A stretch of 64,000 nt of DNA, taken from Candidatus Moraniibacteriota bacterium. Its GTDB lineage: Bacteria > Patescibacteriota > Minisyncoccia > Moranbacterales > GWC2-37-73. The notes under the pieces are model-generated. The model made no database searches, was not told the origin of the DNA, and saw only the letters and a list, made by a program, of their open reading frames with translations. Positions 9,637 to 19,584 of the stretch are shown one piece after another. Position 1 is the stretch's first letter; every line of letters starts with the position of its first letter. The DNA is taken from positions 20,122 to 84,121 of the forward strand of contig DAOOTD010000003.1 in the NCBI GenBank assembly GCA_035390125.1. Direction: 5' to 3'. A program made the translations under genes and the position numbers.

Positions 9637-10356
9637 TTAATTGTTCCACCTCAAAAACTCATTAACTACCAAAAGAGTGCTGTCACAATCTTCTTTAGTA
9701 GCCTGTATTTTTGCCAAAGTATTCATTTTATTTTGTAAAAACAATCGTATCATTTTTATAGCATTGGCACGTACAATAATTGCCGCATCTTGGTTTTTTT
9801 CAGCACAAGAAAAACACAATGTTCCCCCATGTTTTGCATTAAATATGGGTGAACTCTCGGAAAGTTTTTTACTGCAAACAACACATGAATTTACTTCTAT
9901 GGTATACCCAAGTTCGGACAATAGTTTGACGATGAAGCCTAATTTTAGCAGAACATGCTTTTTCTTGTCTTTATTAACAGCACAAATATTAACAGTTTCT
10001 AAATAATTTTTAAGAAGTTCAAAAATAAAACGATCCGGATTTTCAAAATCAACCAATTTCTCAAATAAACCCAACGCAGAAAAAACTTCCAGAATTGCTT
10101 CACTTTCACTTTTTACGGCTGTGAAATTATTTTCAACAATAGATCCAGTAATTTTTCCAATTCCTTTGGTTTTAATGATAGTTATGTCTGCCAAAGTTAT
10201 ATTTTCAAGCATAGAAGCTAATTTGGCATTAGATTTTCTAACTCCTTTAGCCAGGGATTTTATTTTCCCACCTTCAAGAGTATAAATCGTATATGTACGA
10301 TCAGTTTCCCCTACATCACGTTTATTCAAAATAATTCCAGTATATTTATATTCCAT
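9637..10356 (-). CDS. recO: DNA repair protein RecO
   Basis: N-terminal OB-fold pattern (GIILNKRDVGETDRTYTIYTLEGGKIKSLAKGVRK) and a C-terminal Cys4 zinc motif (CVVCSKK...CFSC); 239 aa. Confidence 0.8.
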   Translation of the reverse strand: MEYKYTGIILNKRDVGETDRTYTIYTLEGGKIKSLAKGVRKSNAKLASMLENITLADITIIKTKGIGKITGSIVENNFTAVKSESEAILEVFSALGLFEKLVDFENPDRFIFELLKNYLETVNICAVNKDKKKHVLLKLGFIVKLLSELGYTIEVNSCVVCSKKLSESSPIFNAKHGGTLCFSCAEKNQDAAIIVRANAIKMIRLFLQNKMNTLAKIQATKEDCDSTLLVVNEFLRWNN

Positions 10357-10424
10357 ATCTTAATTATAAGCATAAAATTATGTTTAGGCCAAAGAAAAAG
10401 GCCTTGTTTTGCAAGACCTTATAC

Positions 10425-10601
10425 TTAATCAAATAAGCGACCAATAAACTTAAATGGCAAACCGAGCACACAAGAAGCTGCGAGAGCAATTAAAAGTATT
10501 ACGGCAAAAATCCATAAAACAGGATTTCTACCACAGCTTTTCGTCCAATCTTCTATGGCGCTCATGAAAGTTTCCCATTCTTCTTCGAGAATTTTTTTCA
10601 T
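10425..10601 (-). CDS. Small (58-aa) membrane protein, hypothetical
   Basis: ATG at 10599-10601 preceded by a perfect AGGAGG Shine-Dalgarno (10604-10609 on the minus strand). It encodes MKKILEEEWETFMSAIEDWTKSCGRNPVLWIFAVILLIALAASCVLGLPFKFIGRLFD with one TM helix. It is below the ORF-track length cut-off. Confidence 0.4.
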   Translation of the reverse strand: MKKILEEEWETFMSAIEDWTKSCGRNPVLWIFAVILLIALAASCVLGLPFKFIGRLFD

Positions 10602-10614
10602 GTATCCTCCTTTT

Positions 10615-13560
10615 TTAGGCTTTCTTTATTTGCAATTTTATTTTTTCATCATCAATTTTAGCCTCTTTTTCGAGATCAAAATTGCTTAATTCTTCTGACT
10701 TTATATCTTTGGCTAAAACTTCTTTGGCTATTAAATTCTTAAATTTTTTAAAGACCTGAAACATTCCAGTATAGCCCAAAAATATGCGATTGTCAACCTC
10801 GTAACCTGCTTCTTTGCGCATTTCTTGGATAAAACGAATGATTTCCCTGGCTTGACCTTCCAGTTTTAAATCTTCAGTGATTTCAGTATTTAATTCCAAA
10901 TTTTCTTTAATACTTTTGTCAAAAGAAGCATTTTTTACATTAACTTCTTCTTTTATAATTTCTATAAGCTCTTTTCTTATATCGTGATTTTTAAATTTTA
11001 AATCAAGAAGCGGCTGTCTTACTTTTATTCCTGCTCTAGCACGAAGCTGCAGGGCTTCCGTGATTATATTTCTTGTTTTTTCCATTTCTCCATTCAGCCC
11101 TTCATCGATTAAATTTTTATCTGCAATTGGAAACTCTGCTAGATGCACAGACTCTTCTACGGTTAAATTCCTATAAATTTCTTCCGAAATAAACGGACAA
11201 AATGGCGCCATTAATTTAGATAACTCTACTAGTACATAATGCAGGGTCTGATAAGCCTGGTTTTTGTCATCATCATCCTCTGATTTCCAAAATCTTTTGC
11301 GACTCCTGCGTATATACCAATTGGAAAGATTATCAATGAATTTTTCAATTGCATAAGCTGAATTGTACATATCGTAATCTCCTAGCTTTTTATCAACATT
11401 CTCAATAAGAATATTAAGCTCGGAAATTATCCATTTATCTAATAGATTGGTAACTTTTGCATTATTTTTTACAGAAGGTTCGAACTTGTCGATATTCGCA
11501 TACATCACAAAAAAGGAATAGGAATTCCAAAGCATGCGGAAAACCCTGTTCATTATGTCTCTTAAGTTTTTAACATCAAATTTTTTAGTCATTCCTGGCT
11601 GATTGACGGTATAAAGGAAATACCTCAGCATATCAGCTGAAAATTCATCCATAATTTTCATCGGATCCACAATATTACCTTTGGACTTGCTCATTTTTTT
11701 ACCTTTTGCATCAACAATGTGCCCTAGGCAAATAACATTTTTGAAAGCTCTGCCTTCTGGAACTTTGCCGGCTTTCCATAAAAGATTAGCAATGGCATGT
11801 AGCGTGTAAAACCAGCCACGAGTTTGGTCGATTGCTTCAGAAATAAAATCAGCTGGAAAATATTTTCCATTTTCAATTTTTTTCTTATCTTCATCATTGG
11901 CACCATTAGGATAATGAAATTGTGCCAATGGCATTGATCCACTGTCAAACCAAACGTCCAGCACTTCTGACGTTCTTATCATTTCCTTACCGCAAGAACA
12001 TTTTATTTTTATGTCATCAATAAAAGGCTTATGTAAATCTTCTATTTTTATGCCAGATGCGCTTTCCAATTCTTTCTGGGATTCAATCACTTTTATTTCC
12101 CCGCATTCACATTGCCAAAGTGGTAGCGGTGTTCCCCAATAACGTTCGCGAGAAATAGCCCAGTCCTTAACACCACGCAACCATTCGCCAAATCGCCCCT
12201 CTTTAATATATTCAGGAATCCAGTTTATATTTTCGTTATTTTTTACTAAATCATCAGATAATTCGCTCATACGAATAAACCAAGATGGTTTTGCATAGTA
12301 AATAAGCGGGGTGTCACAGCGCCAACAGAAAGGATATTCATGTTCATACAGCTCTTCTTGTAAAAATAATCCTCTTTTTTTCAAATCTTCAACAATCAAT
12401 TCATCGACTTCAAATTTTCCGACAACATTTTTCTTTTTTACTGGAATTCCTTCTCCAGGAACATCAAAACCGACTATTATTTTTCCTTCTTCGTCAACAG
12501 TCAGCACTGTAGGCAAGTTATTTTCCCTGCCCACATTAGCATCATCTTCTCCGAAAGCTGGAGCGATATGAACTACTCCTGTTCCATCTGTTGTGGAAAC
12601 AAAATCACCATGGATTATTTTATAAGCATTTTTTTCTTTAGATACACTGTAAAGTGGTTCATATTTCAGATCTAATAAATCCTTTCCTGAAATATCCTTG
12701 ATTATTTCATATTTTGAATTTTTTAATACTTCTTCTATCCTGTTTTTGGCCAAAATAAAAAAATTATTTTTATCAATTTTTACTTTGCAATAAGTTACAC
12801 CAGTATTTATTGCTAATGCCACGTTGCTTGGCAATGTCCAAGGTGTTGTTGTCCAGGCTAAAACATAGGTGTCTTTTTCTTCTGTAAGCTTAAATTTTAT
12901 ATAAACAGAATTATCTTTAATCGTCTGGTAGCCCTGGGCAACTTCATGTGAAGAAAGTGCAGTTCCACAGCGGTAGCAATAGGGTATGACTTTATGCCCT
13001 TTATATACAAGACTTTCTCCTTTTTTGTTTTTGGCCTTAAAAATCTGCGCAATTACCCACCAGACCGATTCAATATATTTATTTTCATAAGTTATATATG
13101 GGTTTTTCATATCCACCCAATAACCCATGCGCCTTGTTAATTTTTCCCACAGATCTTTATATTCCCAGACTGATTCTTTGCATTTTTTATTAAATTCAAT
13201 AATGCTCTGCCTTTTGTCTCCTGGTACTATATTCTCAATATCTTGTTTATTTTTGAGACCTAAAGCTTTTTCCACTTGCAGTTCAACTGGTAATCCGTGC
13301 GTATCCCAGCCAGCTTTTCTTTCCACCCTGAAACCTTTCATGGTTTTATACCTTGGCACAACATCTTTGAATGCCCGCGCTAAAACGTGATGAAGACCAG
13401 GAGTTCCATTAGCTGTCGGAGGACCTTCATAGAAAATAAAAGATTTCTCGGGAGAATTTTTTTCTACTGACTTTTCAAATATTTTATTTTCCTCCCAAAA
13501 CTTCAGGATTTCTTCTTCCATTTTTGGAAAACTTTGTTTGGCATCAACTTTTTTAAACAT
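10615..13560 (-). CDS. ileS: Isoleucyl-tRNA synthetase
   Basis: PPTANGTPGLHHVLARAFKDVVPRYKTMKGFRVERKAGWDTHGLPVE and KMSKSKGN motifs; 981 aa. Confidence 0.95.
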   Translation of the reverse strand: MFKKVDAKQSFPKMEEEILKFWEENKIFEKSVEKNSPEKSFIFYEGPPTANGTPGLHHVLARAFKDVVPRYKTMKGFRVERKAGWDTHGLPVELQVEKALGLKNKQDIENIVPGDKRQSIIEFNKKCKESVWEYKDLWEKLTRRMGYWVDMKNPYITYENKYIESVWWVIAQIFKAKNKKGESLVYKGHKVIPYCYRCGTALSSHEVAQGYQTIKDNSVYIKFKLTEEKDTYVLAWTTTPWTLPSNVALAINTGVTYCKVKIDKNNFFILAKNRIEEVLKNSKYEIIKDISGKDLLDLKYEPLYSVSKEKNAYKIIHGDFVSTTDGTGVVHIAPAFGEDDANVGRENNLPTVLTVDEEGKIIVGFDVPGEGIPVKKKNVVGKFEVDELIVEDLKKRGLFLQEELYEHEYPFCWRCDTPLIYYAKPSWFIRMSELSDDLVKNNENINWIPEYIKEGRFGEWLRGVKDWAISRERYWGTPLPLWQCECGEIKVIESQKELESASGIKIEDLHKPFIDDIKIKCSCGKEMIRTSEVLDVWFDSGSMPLAQFHYPNGANDEDKKKIENGKYFPADFISEAIDQTRGWFYTLHAIANLLWKAGKVPEGRAFKNVICLGHIVDAKGKKMSKSKGNIVDPMKIMDEFSADMLRYFLYTVNQPGMTKKFDVKNLRDIMNRVFRMLWNSYSFFVMYANIDKFEPSVKNNAKVTNLLDKWIISELNILIENVDKKLGDYDMYNSAYAIEKFIDNLSNWYIRRSRKRFWKSEDDDDKNQAYQTLHYVLVELSKLMAPFCPFISEEIYRNLTVEESVHLAEFPIADKNLIDEGLNGEMEKTRNIITEALQLRARAGIKVRQPLLDLKFKNHDIRKELIEIIKEEVNVKNASFDKSIKENLELNTEITEDLKLEGQAREIIRFIQEMRKEAGYEVDNRIFLGYTGMFQVFKKFKNLIAKEVLAKDIKSEELSNFDLEKEAKIDDEKIKLQIKKA

Positions 13561-13591
13561 AAAATTAAATAAAAAATAAGTTATATTTATT

Positions 13592-14710
13592 TTAGCCTGC
13601 CCAATACCAATTTACAAATAAATAAGTGTTCATAGCCATTAGCATTGCTGAAACTATTATCCAAGAGTATTTTAGTATTTCGCTCTTGATAGAACCTCCT
13701 AAAATATAAATAGGAAATAATATTAAAATATACCTTCCTATACTCATTAATGTCCCCGTAGCAAAAGCAACTAATATTGTACTAGCCATATATATTGCAT
13801 AGGGATATTTTTTTATTTTTAAAAGATATAACGATACTCCTAAACTGAAAATTGAATATATAATATCTAGATAAAAATTTGATAGAGAAGCGTTGGATAA
13901 AAATACAAAATGATCTTTGTTAAAAGTAAATGACCTTCCCCATGCATTTTCAATCTTAAAAAATAAAAGTGGATCTCCAAAAAATACCCAGTGATATGCA
14001 AAAAACAATAATAACCCTGTCGGTATAAGCAGTAGCGGTAATGACTTTTTCAATCCTTGCAAATTTATTCCTTCATTTATAAGAACTTGAACGACGAGTG
14101 GCAAAAAAATTAATATTCCTGTCACCCTGGTAAGTGAAGCTAAAAAACCTATAATGCCTGCCAAAAAATATTTCTTCTTAAAGGTAAAATAAAAAGCTCC
14201 CAATGAAAGGAATAAGAATAGTGATTCTGTATATACCGCATTCAAGAAAAAAGCTGTTGGGAAAATAAGTAGCAAAAAAACGGAAAATAATGGATCTGAT
14301 TCTTTGTGAAATTCTCTTATCATCTTAGCCATGAGCATGCAAGATAAAACAAGGAAAATGCTACTAACTATCCATCCAGCAAAAGCAATGTTACCCAAGC
14401 TAAACATAGATATTATCTTAACAAGTAGCGGATACAATGGTAAAAAAACTAAATTAGAAAGAGTATCGTCCGCTTTTCTCTCATATCCGTTCTCAATTAA
14501 ATTTATATACCAATTAGAATCCCAGCGTGAATGAATATTAATAATGTTCCATGACTTGTGCTGGTTATATCTTTCTGCACTAATCCAAGAATAAGCATCG
14601 TCTGCTTTTAGATTTAGCCTATTTACTGCCAATAAGCCAGCGGCATTTACAACAATCAGCCAGATTATGGATAATAGCAAAATATTATTTTTCATCATTA
14701 TTTTAAACAT
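13592..14710 (-). CDS. Polytopic membrane protein, GT-C-fold glycosyltransferase-like (PIG-V/DUF2029-like)
   Basis: About 10 predicted TM helices and an FLPLYPLL motif reminiscent of mannosyltransferase-type GT-C enzymes; 372 aa. Neighbours are a GT4 glycosyltransferase and a NUDIX hydrolase. Confidence 0.5.
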   Translation of the reverse strand: MFKIMMKNNILLLSIIWLIVVNAAGLLAVNRLNLKADDAYSWISAERYNQHKSWNIINIHSRWDSNWYINLIENGYERKADDTLSNLVFLPLYPLLVKIISMFSLGNIAFAGWIVSSIFLVLSCMLMAKMIREFHKESDPLFSVFLLLIFPTAFFLNAVYTESLFLFLSLGAFYFTFKKKYFLAGIIGFLASLTRVTGILIFLPLVVQVLINEGINLQGLKKSLPLLLIPTGLLLFFAYHWVFFGDPLLFFKIENAWGRSFTFNKDHFVFLSNASLSNFYLDIIYSIFSLGVSLYLLKIKKYPYAIYMASTILVAFATGTLMSIGRYILILFPIYILGGSIKSEILKYSWIIVSAMLMAMNTYLFVNWYWAG

Positions 14711-14744
14711 ACTTTGTTGTTAAATAAAAAACATCCTTAAAAAG

Positions 14745-14935
14745 TTATAAGGACGCTTCTGCGTGGTACCACCTTATTTTTCCCATCAAAAATATAACGG
14801 GACTTAATTTGTGCTATTACGGGCTTACCCGATGAGTTCTACTTGCCGCTCAAAGCCTTTAGCTAGGACGGATTTCTTCTCACAGCTGCCTTATTTTACG
14901 GCAATAGAGTGATGTCTCTATTATGGCTTTTATAC
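14745..14935. ncRNA. Candidate structured non-coding RNA (GC-rich intergenic island); strand and family undetermined
   Basis: The ~190-nt segment is ~45% GC and flanked by <25% GC intergenic DNA. It has no ORF and contains local hairpins (ACGC-ttct-GCGT; CGGGCTTACCCG). It has no T-loop or CCA features of tRNA or tmRNA. Confidence 0.25.
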
Positions 14936-14979
14936 GCTTATTATAACTAAAAAAAATAAAAAATCAAACCCAGAATCAT

Positions 14980-15459
14980 TCATGTTCTATACACATGTTT
15001 ACACTTATCATAAGATTCCCAACTGGTTCTTATTTCATCCTGTATCCCGTTTATGAAATCAACATCATTTAAATTATCCAGTGACTGCCACTTCCATTGT
15101 GAAAATTCTTTAGGATTTATTTGTGGCCCTTTCCCATTCACATATTTGTCAAAAAAACAGACAAATCTCACTCCTGGAATCTTTTTTTGTTCTAATTGCG
15201 GAGTTTCAATTTCATATATTCCAGAAACAATAGTTTTATCTACAACAACTCCAAGTTCATCAGCTATTTGTCTTTTGACTGCTTCTTCGAAGTTTTCCCC
15301 TGGAAAGACTTGCCCTCCCCCACATTCCCATTTCCCAGGATAAAGTTCCCGATCATTATTCCTTTTAGCAATCAAGATTTCTATATTATTTTTAGTTTCC
15401 CTAAAACACATCCCGGCTACATGAACTTCAATTAGATGTCTCTTTTCTTCCCGCGACAT
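14980..15459 (-). CDS. NUDIX hydrolase
   Basis: Nudix box GGGQVFPGENFEEAVKRQIADELGV (G-x5-E-x7-REUxEExGU); 159 aa; TGA stop. Confidence 0.8.
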   Translation of the reverse strand: MSREEKRHLIEVHVAGMCFRETKNNIEILIAKRNNDRELYPGKWECGGGQVFPGENFEEAVKRQIADELGVVVDKTIVSGIYEIETPQLEQKKIPGVRFVCFFDKYVNGKGPQINPKEFSQWKWQSLDNLNDVDFINGIQDEIRTSWESYDKCKHVYRT

Positions 15460-15511
15460 AAAATTATTTTTTTAAAAATAAAAATAGCAAAAATTGTTTT
15501 CTCGCTATTTT

Positions 15512-16681
15512 TTAATTTTTATTAAAACTTTTATAGATTTTTAATGTTTCCAAAGCTGTTTTATCCCAATTATATTTCTTTGCCTGTTCAAGCCCTTTTG
15601 CACGATATTGTCCACGAAGACTTTCATCACCCGCAAAAAGAGTTATGGCTTCAGCCAATTCTTCTGTATTAAGTGGATTAATAAAATATGAGGCATCACC
15701 AGCTAATTCTGGGAGAGATGCCACTTTCGAGATAATTGCTGGCGTTTGAGTTGCAAAGGCTTCTAGCACTGTCATGCCAAATCCTTCATAAAGCGAGGGC
15801 ATAACGAAAAATTCAGCTCCATGAAACAATGGTACCAATTCATCGCCAACCACATATCCAGTAAATATAACATCCTTAGCCAGTCCTAAATCTTTGATTA
15901 TCTGCTGATATTCTTGCGATAACCATCCGCGTTTTCCTGCTAAAACTAACTGATAATCGAATTTATTAGATTTTTTCTGTTTCTGTTTACGCTTAAAAAT
16001 AGAGAAAGCTTCCAGTAAGCGTGAGATATTTTTTGAAGGCTCAAGGGTTCCTAAAAAAAGTATGTATTTTTTATTGATTCCATATTTTCCTAAAACTTTA
16101 TTTTCATCCATATTCGGCTGGGTGAAGAATCTTTCATCCAAACCGCTATAAATAACGGATATTTTTTCATCACTTACATTTAAAAATTTTTTAACATCAT
16201 TTTTTAAAGATTCAGAAACCGCAATAATTTTATCGGCTTTGCGAGCCATAAGTTTATTTATAACCCTATCTCGCGCTCTTTTTACTGCTGGTATATATTG
16301 AGGGATATTGAAGATTGCCATGTCGTGAAATGTTACAACTGTTTTACCTGAATAACTCATTGGGATCCTATTATAAGAAGACGTGGTATGTAAAACATCT
16401 AGCTTTTCTTTTTGCAGAGTAGCTGTGCCTAAAATTTCATTATAGGCCCCTGGCAGATATTTTTTATAATCAGAAAAGGGATAGAATTTTATCTGGACAT
16501 TTGGTTTTGTGAACTTCTTAACATCTTTTTCACGCACACGAAAATCAAAGAAAATTACATACTCATTTTCTGTATCATTTTTCAGCAAGTGACGGATGAG
16601 CTGGTACGTATAATGTCCGATACCTATAGCATCCCCTTTTTCGGGATTTAATATGGATCTAGCATCAATTCCTATTCGCAT
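15512..16681 (-). CDS. Glycosyltransferase family 4 (GT1_like/GT4 fold)
   Basis: MRIGIDARSIL...GIGHYTYQL at the N-terminus and EGFGMTVLEAFA...P (the E-x7-E region) near the C-terminus. The ORF-track start at 16720 is a GTG overlapping argS; the ATG at 16679-16681 (MRIGIDAR) is the more plausible start. Confidence 0.8.
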   Translation of the reverse strand: MRIGIDARSILNPEKGDAIGIGHYTYQLIRHLLKNDTENEYVIFFDFRVREKDVKKFTKPNVQIKFYPFSDYKKYLPGAYNEILGTATLQKEKLDVLHTTSSYNRIPMSYSGKTVVTFHDMAIFNIPQYIPAVKRARDRVINKLMARKADKIIAVSESLKNDVKKFLNVSDEKISVIYSGLDERFFTQPNMDENKVLGKYGINKKYILFLGTLEPSKNISRLLEAFSIFKRKQKQKKSNKFDYQLVLAGKRGWLSQEYQQIIKDLGLAKDVIFTGYVVGDELVPLFHGAEFFVMPSLYEGFGMTVLEAFATQTPAIISKVASLPELAGDASYFINPLNTEELAEAITLFAGDESLRGQYRAKGLEQAKKYNWDKTALETLKIYKSFNKN

Positions 16682-16694
16682 ATATTTGTTATTT

Positions 16695-18278
16695 TTACAT
16701 TTTAGTCGGCGCACTGACACCTATCAAATTCAGGACTTCTGATAATACAATTCTAACAGAATTCACCAATAAAAGTCTACTCTTTGTTAATTCATAATTT
16801 TCTTCATCAATAACTCTGCACGCATCATAGAAAGAATGAAATCTATCAGCTAAATTAATTGCATAATGCGGTAATTTATGAACTTCATAGCTGAAAGAAA
16901 TTTCTTCAACTAATTCCGGGAACTTATTCAATTCTTTTATAAGACCTATCTCTTTTTCGTGCGTTAATAAGGATAAATCTGCTTTATCCTGAATTTTAGA
17001 TTTATTTAAAATACTACATATTCTGGCATGAGCATATTGCACATAAAATACAGGGTTTTTTTGGGAACGTTCTTTAGCTAAGCTTAAGTCAAAATTCATA
17101 TGTGTGTCTGGAGAATATAAAAGAAAGAAAAATCTAGTAACATCATGGCCTATTTCTTCAATAAGATCATCAATATACACGACATTGCCAGCGCGTTTGC
17201 TCATTCTGGCTTCTTGACCATCTTTTATAAGGCGCACCATCTGAGATATAATGACACGGAAATCACCAATAAAACCAAGCGTTTTAGCTAAAGCGCGAAG
17301 ACGAGTAATATATCCATGATGATCAGCTCCGAGTCCTATAATAATTTTCTTGAAACCTCTTTCGATCTTATTCAGCATATATCCGGCATCACCTGCTAAA
17401 TAGGCTTTTTGCCCATTACTTTTTATTAAAACTCTATCCTTTTCGTCACCAAACTCAGTTGTTTTAAGCCAAACAGCCCCCTCTGATTCATAAGTTAAAT
17501 TTTTGTCTTTCAAAAGTTCAATTGCCCTTTCAATATATTTTTTTTCTTGAATTTCTTTTTCATTCATCCATATATCAAAAGAAATGTGCATTTTTTCAGA
17601 TGTTGTTTTTTTGATTTTTTTTAAAATTTGATCAGCAGCTTTTTCTCCTGCCTCTCTTATATTGGAAATATTTCCGTATGTTTTATTTAATTCATCAATA
17701 TATTCTCCAACATAAGTAGCTTCTCCGTCTTTTAGCACGCTATGGCCCAACTTCTCAATTTGCTCTCCGGCATCGTTTACGTAATATTCATTAATAACCT
17801 CGAAGCCAGCTTTTTTAAGGACCCTTGAAATAGAATCGCCATAAAAACCACCTCGGCCATTGCCCAAATGCAGTGGCCCCGTCGGATTAGCAGAGATAAA
17901 CTCATTGTTTACTTTAACCCCATTGCCATCTTTTGAATTTCCAAAATTATTTTTTTCACTATTTATTTTCCTGACAACTTCTTGCAAATATTTTTTTGAT
18001 AGATGAAAATTTATGTATCCCGGAACTGCAATCTCTATTTTATCAAAATGTTCTATTCTATTTTTTATAATTTTTTGCTTGATTTGTTCTGCTATTTCTA
18101 GCGGATTTTTTTTATTTTTTTTACCTAAAATCATGCATATATTTGAAGTATAATCTCCAAATTTTTCATTTTTAGGATAATCAATAATAATATCAGAAAT
18201 ATTAAAATCAAGATAAACTTGATCTTCTTTCATGCTTAAAATAGCGTCTTTTATAATTCTTTTGATGTTTTTCTTCAT
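16695..18278 (-). CDS. argS: Arginyl-tRNA synthetase
   Basis: FISANPTGPLHLGNGRGGFYGDSISRVLK (HIGH-class I) and the C-terminal DALR anticodon-binding region; 527 aa. Confidence 0.95.
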   Translation of the reverse strand: MKKNIKRIIKDAILSMKEDQVYLDFNISDIIIDYPKNEKFGDYTSNICMILGKKNKKNPLEIAEQIKQKIIKNRIEHFDKIEIAVPGYINFHLSKKYLQEVVRKINSEKNNFGNSKDGNGVKVNNEFISANPTGPLHLGNGRGGFYGDSISRVLKKAGFEVINEYYVNDAGEQIEKLGHSVLKDGEATYVGEYIDELNKTYGNISNIREAGEKAADQILKKIKKTTSEKMHISFDIWMNEKEIQEKKYIERAIELLKDKNLTYESEGAVWLKTTEFGDEKDRVLIKSNGQKAYLAGDAGYMLNKIERGFKKIIIGLGADHHGYITRLRALAKTLGFIGDFRVIISQMVRLIKDGQEARMSKRAGNVVYIDDLIEEIGHDVTRFFFLLYSPDTHMNFDLSLAKERSQKNPVFYVQYAHARICSILNKSKIQDKADLSLLTHEKEIGLIKELNKFPELVEEISFSYEVHKLPHYAINLADRFHSFYDACRVIDEENYELTKSRLLLVNSVRIVLSEVLNLIGVSAPTKM

Positions 18279-18357
18279 ATACTAATTATACATGGTCAGG
18301 CTTTTTGGGCAATAGAAAAATGCCCCAACTGGTAGGGGCATTTTTTATAAATTCTAT

Positions 18358-19503
18358 TTATTCTTCCGTCCAAATACCTGGGCCTACTGGGCCGGAACAT
18401 TTCTTGGTTCCATAGGCGTTAGAAATACATCCATTATCGCAAGTTTTGCCTTTGCAGGTGTTTTTTTCACAACCATTTGAGACACAGCAGGCACCGTCAG
18501 TTTTGACGCCATCCATAAGCTTGCAGCCATTATTGCATTGCTTGCCTTGGCAGGTTCTTTGCTCGCAGTTATCTGCCTGACAGCAGCTCTGGTTGGTATA
18601 GGAACCATTTAAGCTTCCATCCGTGCATTGTCTAGTTTCTTTGACACACTCTGATCCATAAGGTGCATAGCTGTCTTTATAGGCGTCGACTGAACTGCCG
18701 CTAGCTACAGTTGTGCCCCAAGGCGTGGTGCAGGGACAAGGTGCTACGCTGCAGTTTTGGTTGGTGGCTGTTCCGCTCAAGACTCCATTGGTGCAGGTTC
18801 TATTTTGTTTGACACTATCACAGGATGATCCGCAGGCTACTGAACTTGAGGAGTAGGCATCAACTGATTGACCATTATCTATTGTTCCCCCCCAAGGCAG
18901 AGTACAAGTAGGATAAACAGTAGGACCAGTTGAGCTACCACTGAAATTAATCCACCCTAACTCATCTGACCAAGCATACCCACTCAGTTTTCCATCTGAT
19001 GCAACTAATACTCCATATTTAGACCCGTTTTGGGCTGTACCATTTAGTTTTATCCAACCTAGCCATCCTCCTGAATTACCAACTTTATAGGCATCTGCAA
19101 TGCTCACTATCCTTGCCCAGCCTTGCAAAGTGTTATCAGCAACACGTTTTGACACACAATTACCATCAGGACAGCCACTGAGATATCCGCCAGAATTATC
19201 AAAGGCAATATACCCCAAATTTTCGCTCCAGGCATATCCGCTCAAATCACCTCCAGAAGAAGAAGTTGGTATATTTAAGCCATAAGAAACACTACCTCCT
19301 GCCCCTGAATTTATATTATTAGCGCTAATCCAGCCAACACCCGTCTTATTCCCAGCTCCGTCATCGCTTCCTCCCCAAAGCCAACCTGATCCGTTTTCTG
19401 ATGTTCCGGCATTTACTTTTAAAATGCTTGCTACAGCAAAAATCATGCAAAAAACAATTGCTGCTATTCCATATTTGATTAAAAATTTTTTTTGTTTTGA
19501 CAT
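18358..19503 (-). CDS. Secreted repeat protein with ~20-aa aromatic (cell-wall-binding-like) repeats and a Cys-rich C-terminal half
   Basis: Signal peptide MSKQKKFLIKYGIAAIVFCMIFAVASILKVNA. Repeats LSGYAWSENLGYIAFDN / GGWLGWIKLNG / LSGYAWSDELGWINFSG. Two ~45-aa Cys modules (C.LPWGGTI..G.SVDAY......CGS.C.SV.Q.RTCTNG.L.G..TNQ.C) are followed by CQADNCEQRTCQGKQCNNGC... Confidence 0.7.
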   Translation of the reverse strand: MSKQKKFLIKYGIAAIVFCMIFAVASILKVNAGTSENGSGWLWGGSDDGAGNKTGVGWISANNINSGAGGSVSYGLNIPTSSSGGDLSGYAWSENLGYIAFDNSGGYLSGCPDGNCVSKRVADNTLQGWARIVSIADAYKVGNSGGWLGWIKLNGTAQNGSKYGVLVASDGKLSGYAWSDELGWINFSGSSTGPTVYPTCTLPWGGTIDNGQSVDAYSSSSVACGSSCDSVKQNRTCTNGVLSGTATNQNCSVAPCPCTTPWGTTVASGSSVDAYKDSYAPYGSECVKETRQCTDGSLNGSYTNQSCCQADNCEQRTCQGKQCNNGCKLMDGVKTDGACCVSNGCEKNTCKGKTCDNGCISNAYGTKKCSGPVGPGIWTEE

Positions 19504-19584
19504 AAGTTAAAATTAATAAATATTTTAAAAATTAATTTTTAATAAAAAGTATAATCCGGAATATTTAATTTAATTTTTTATTAT

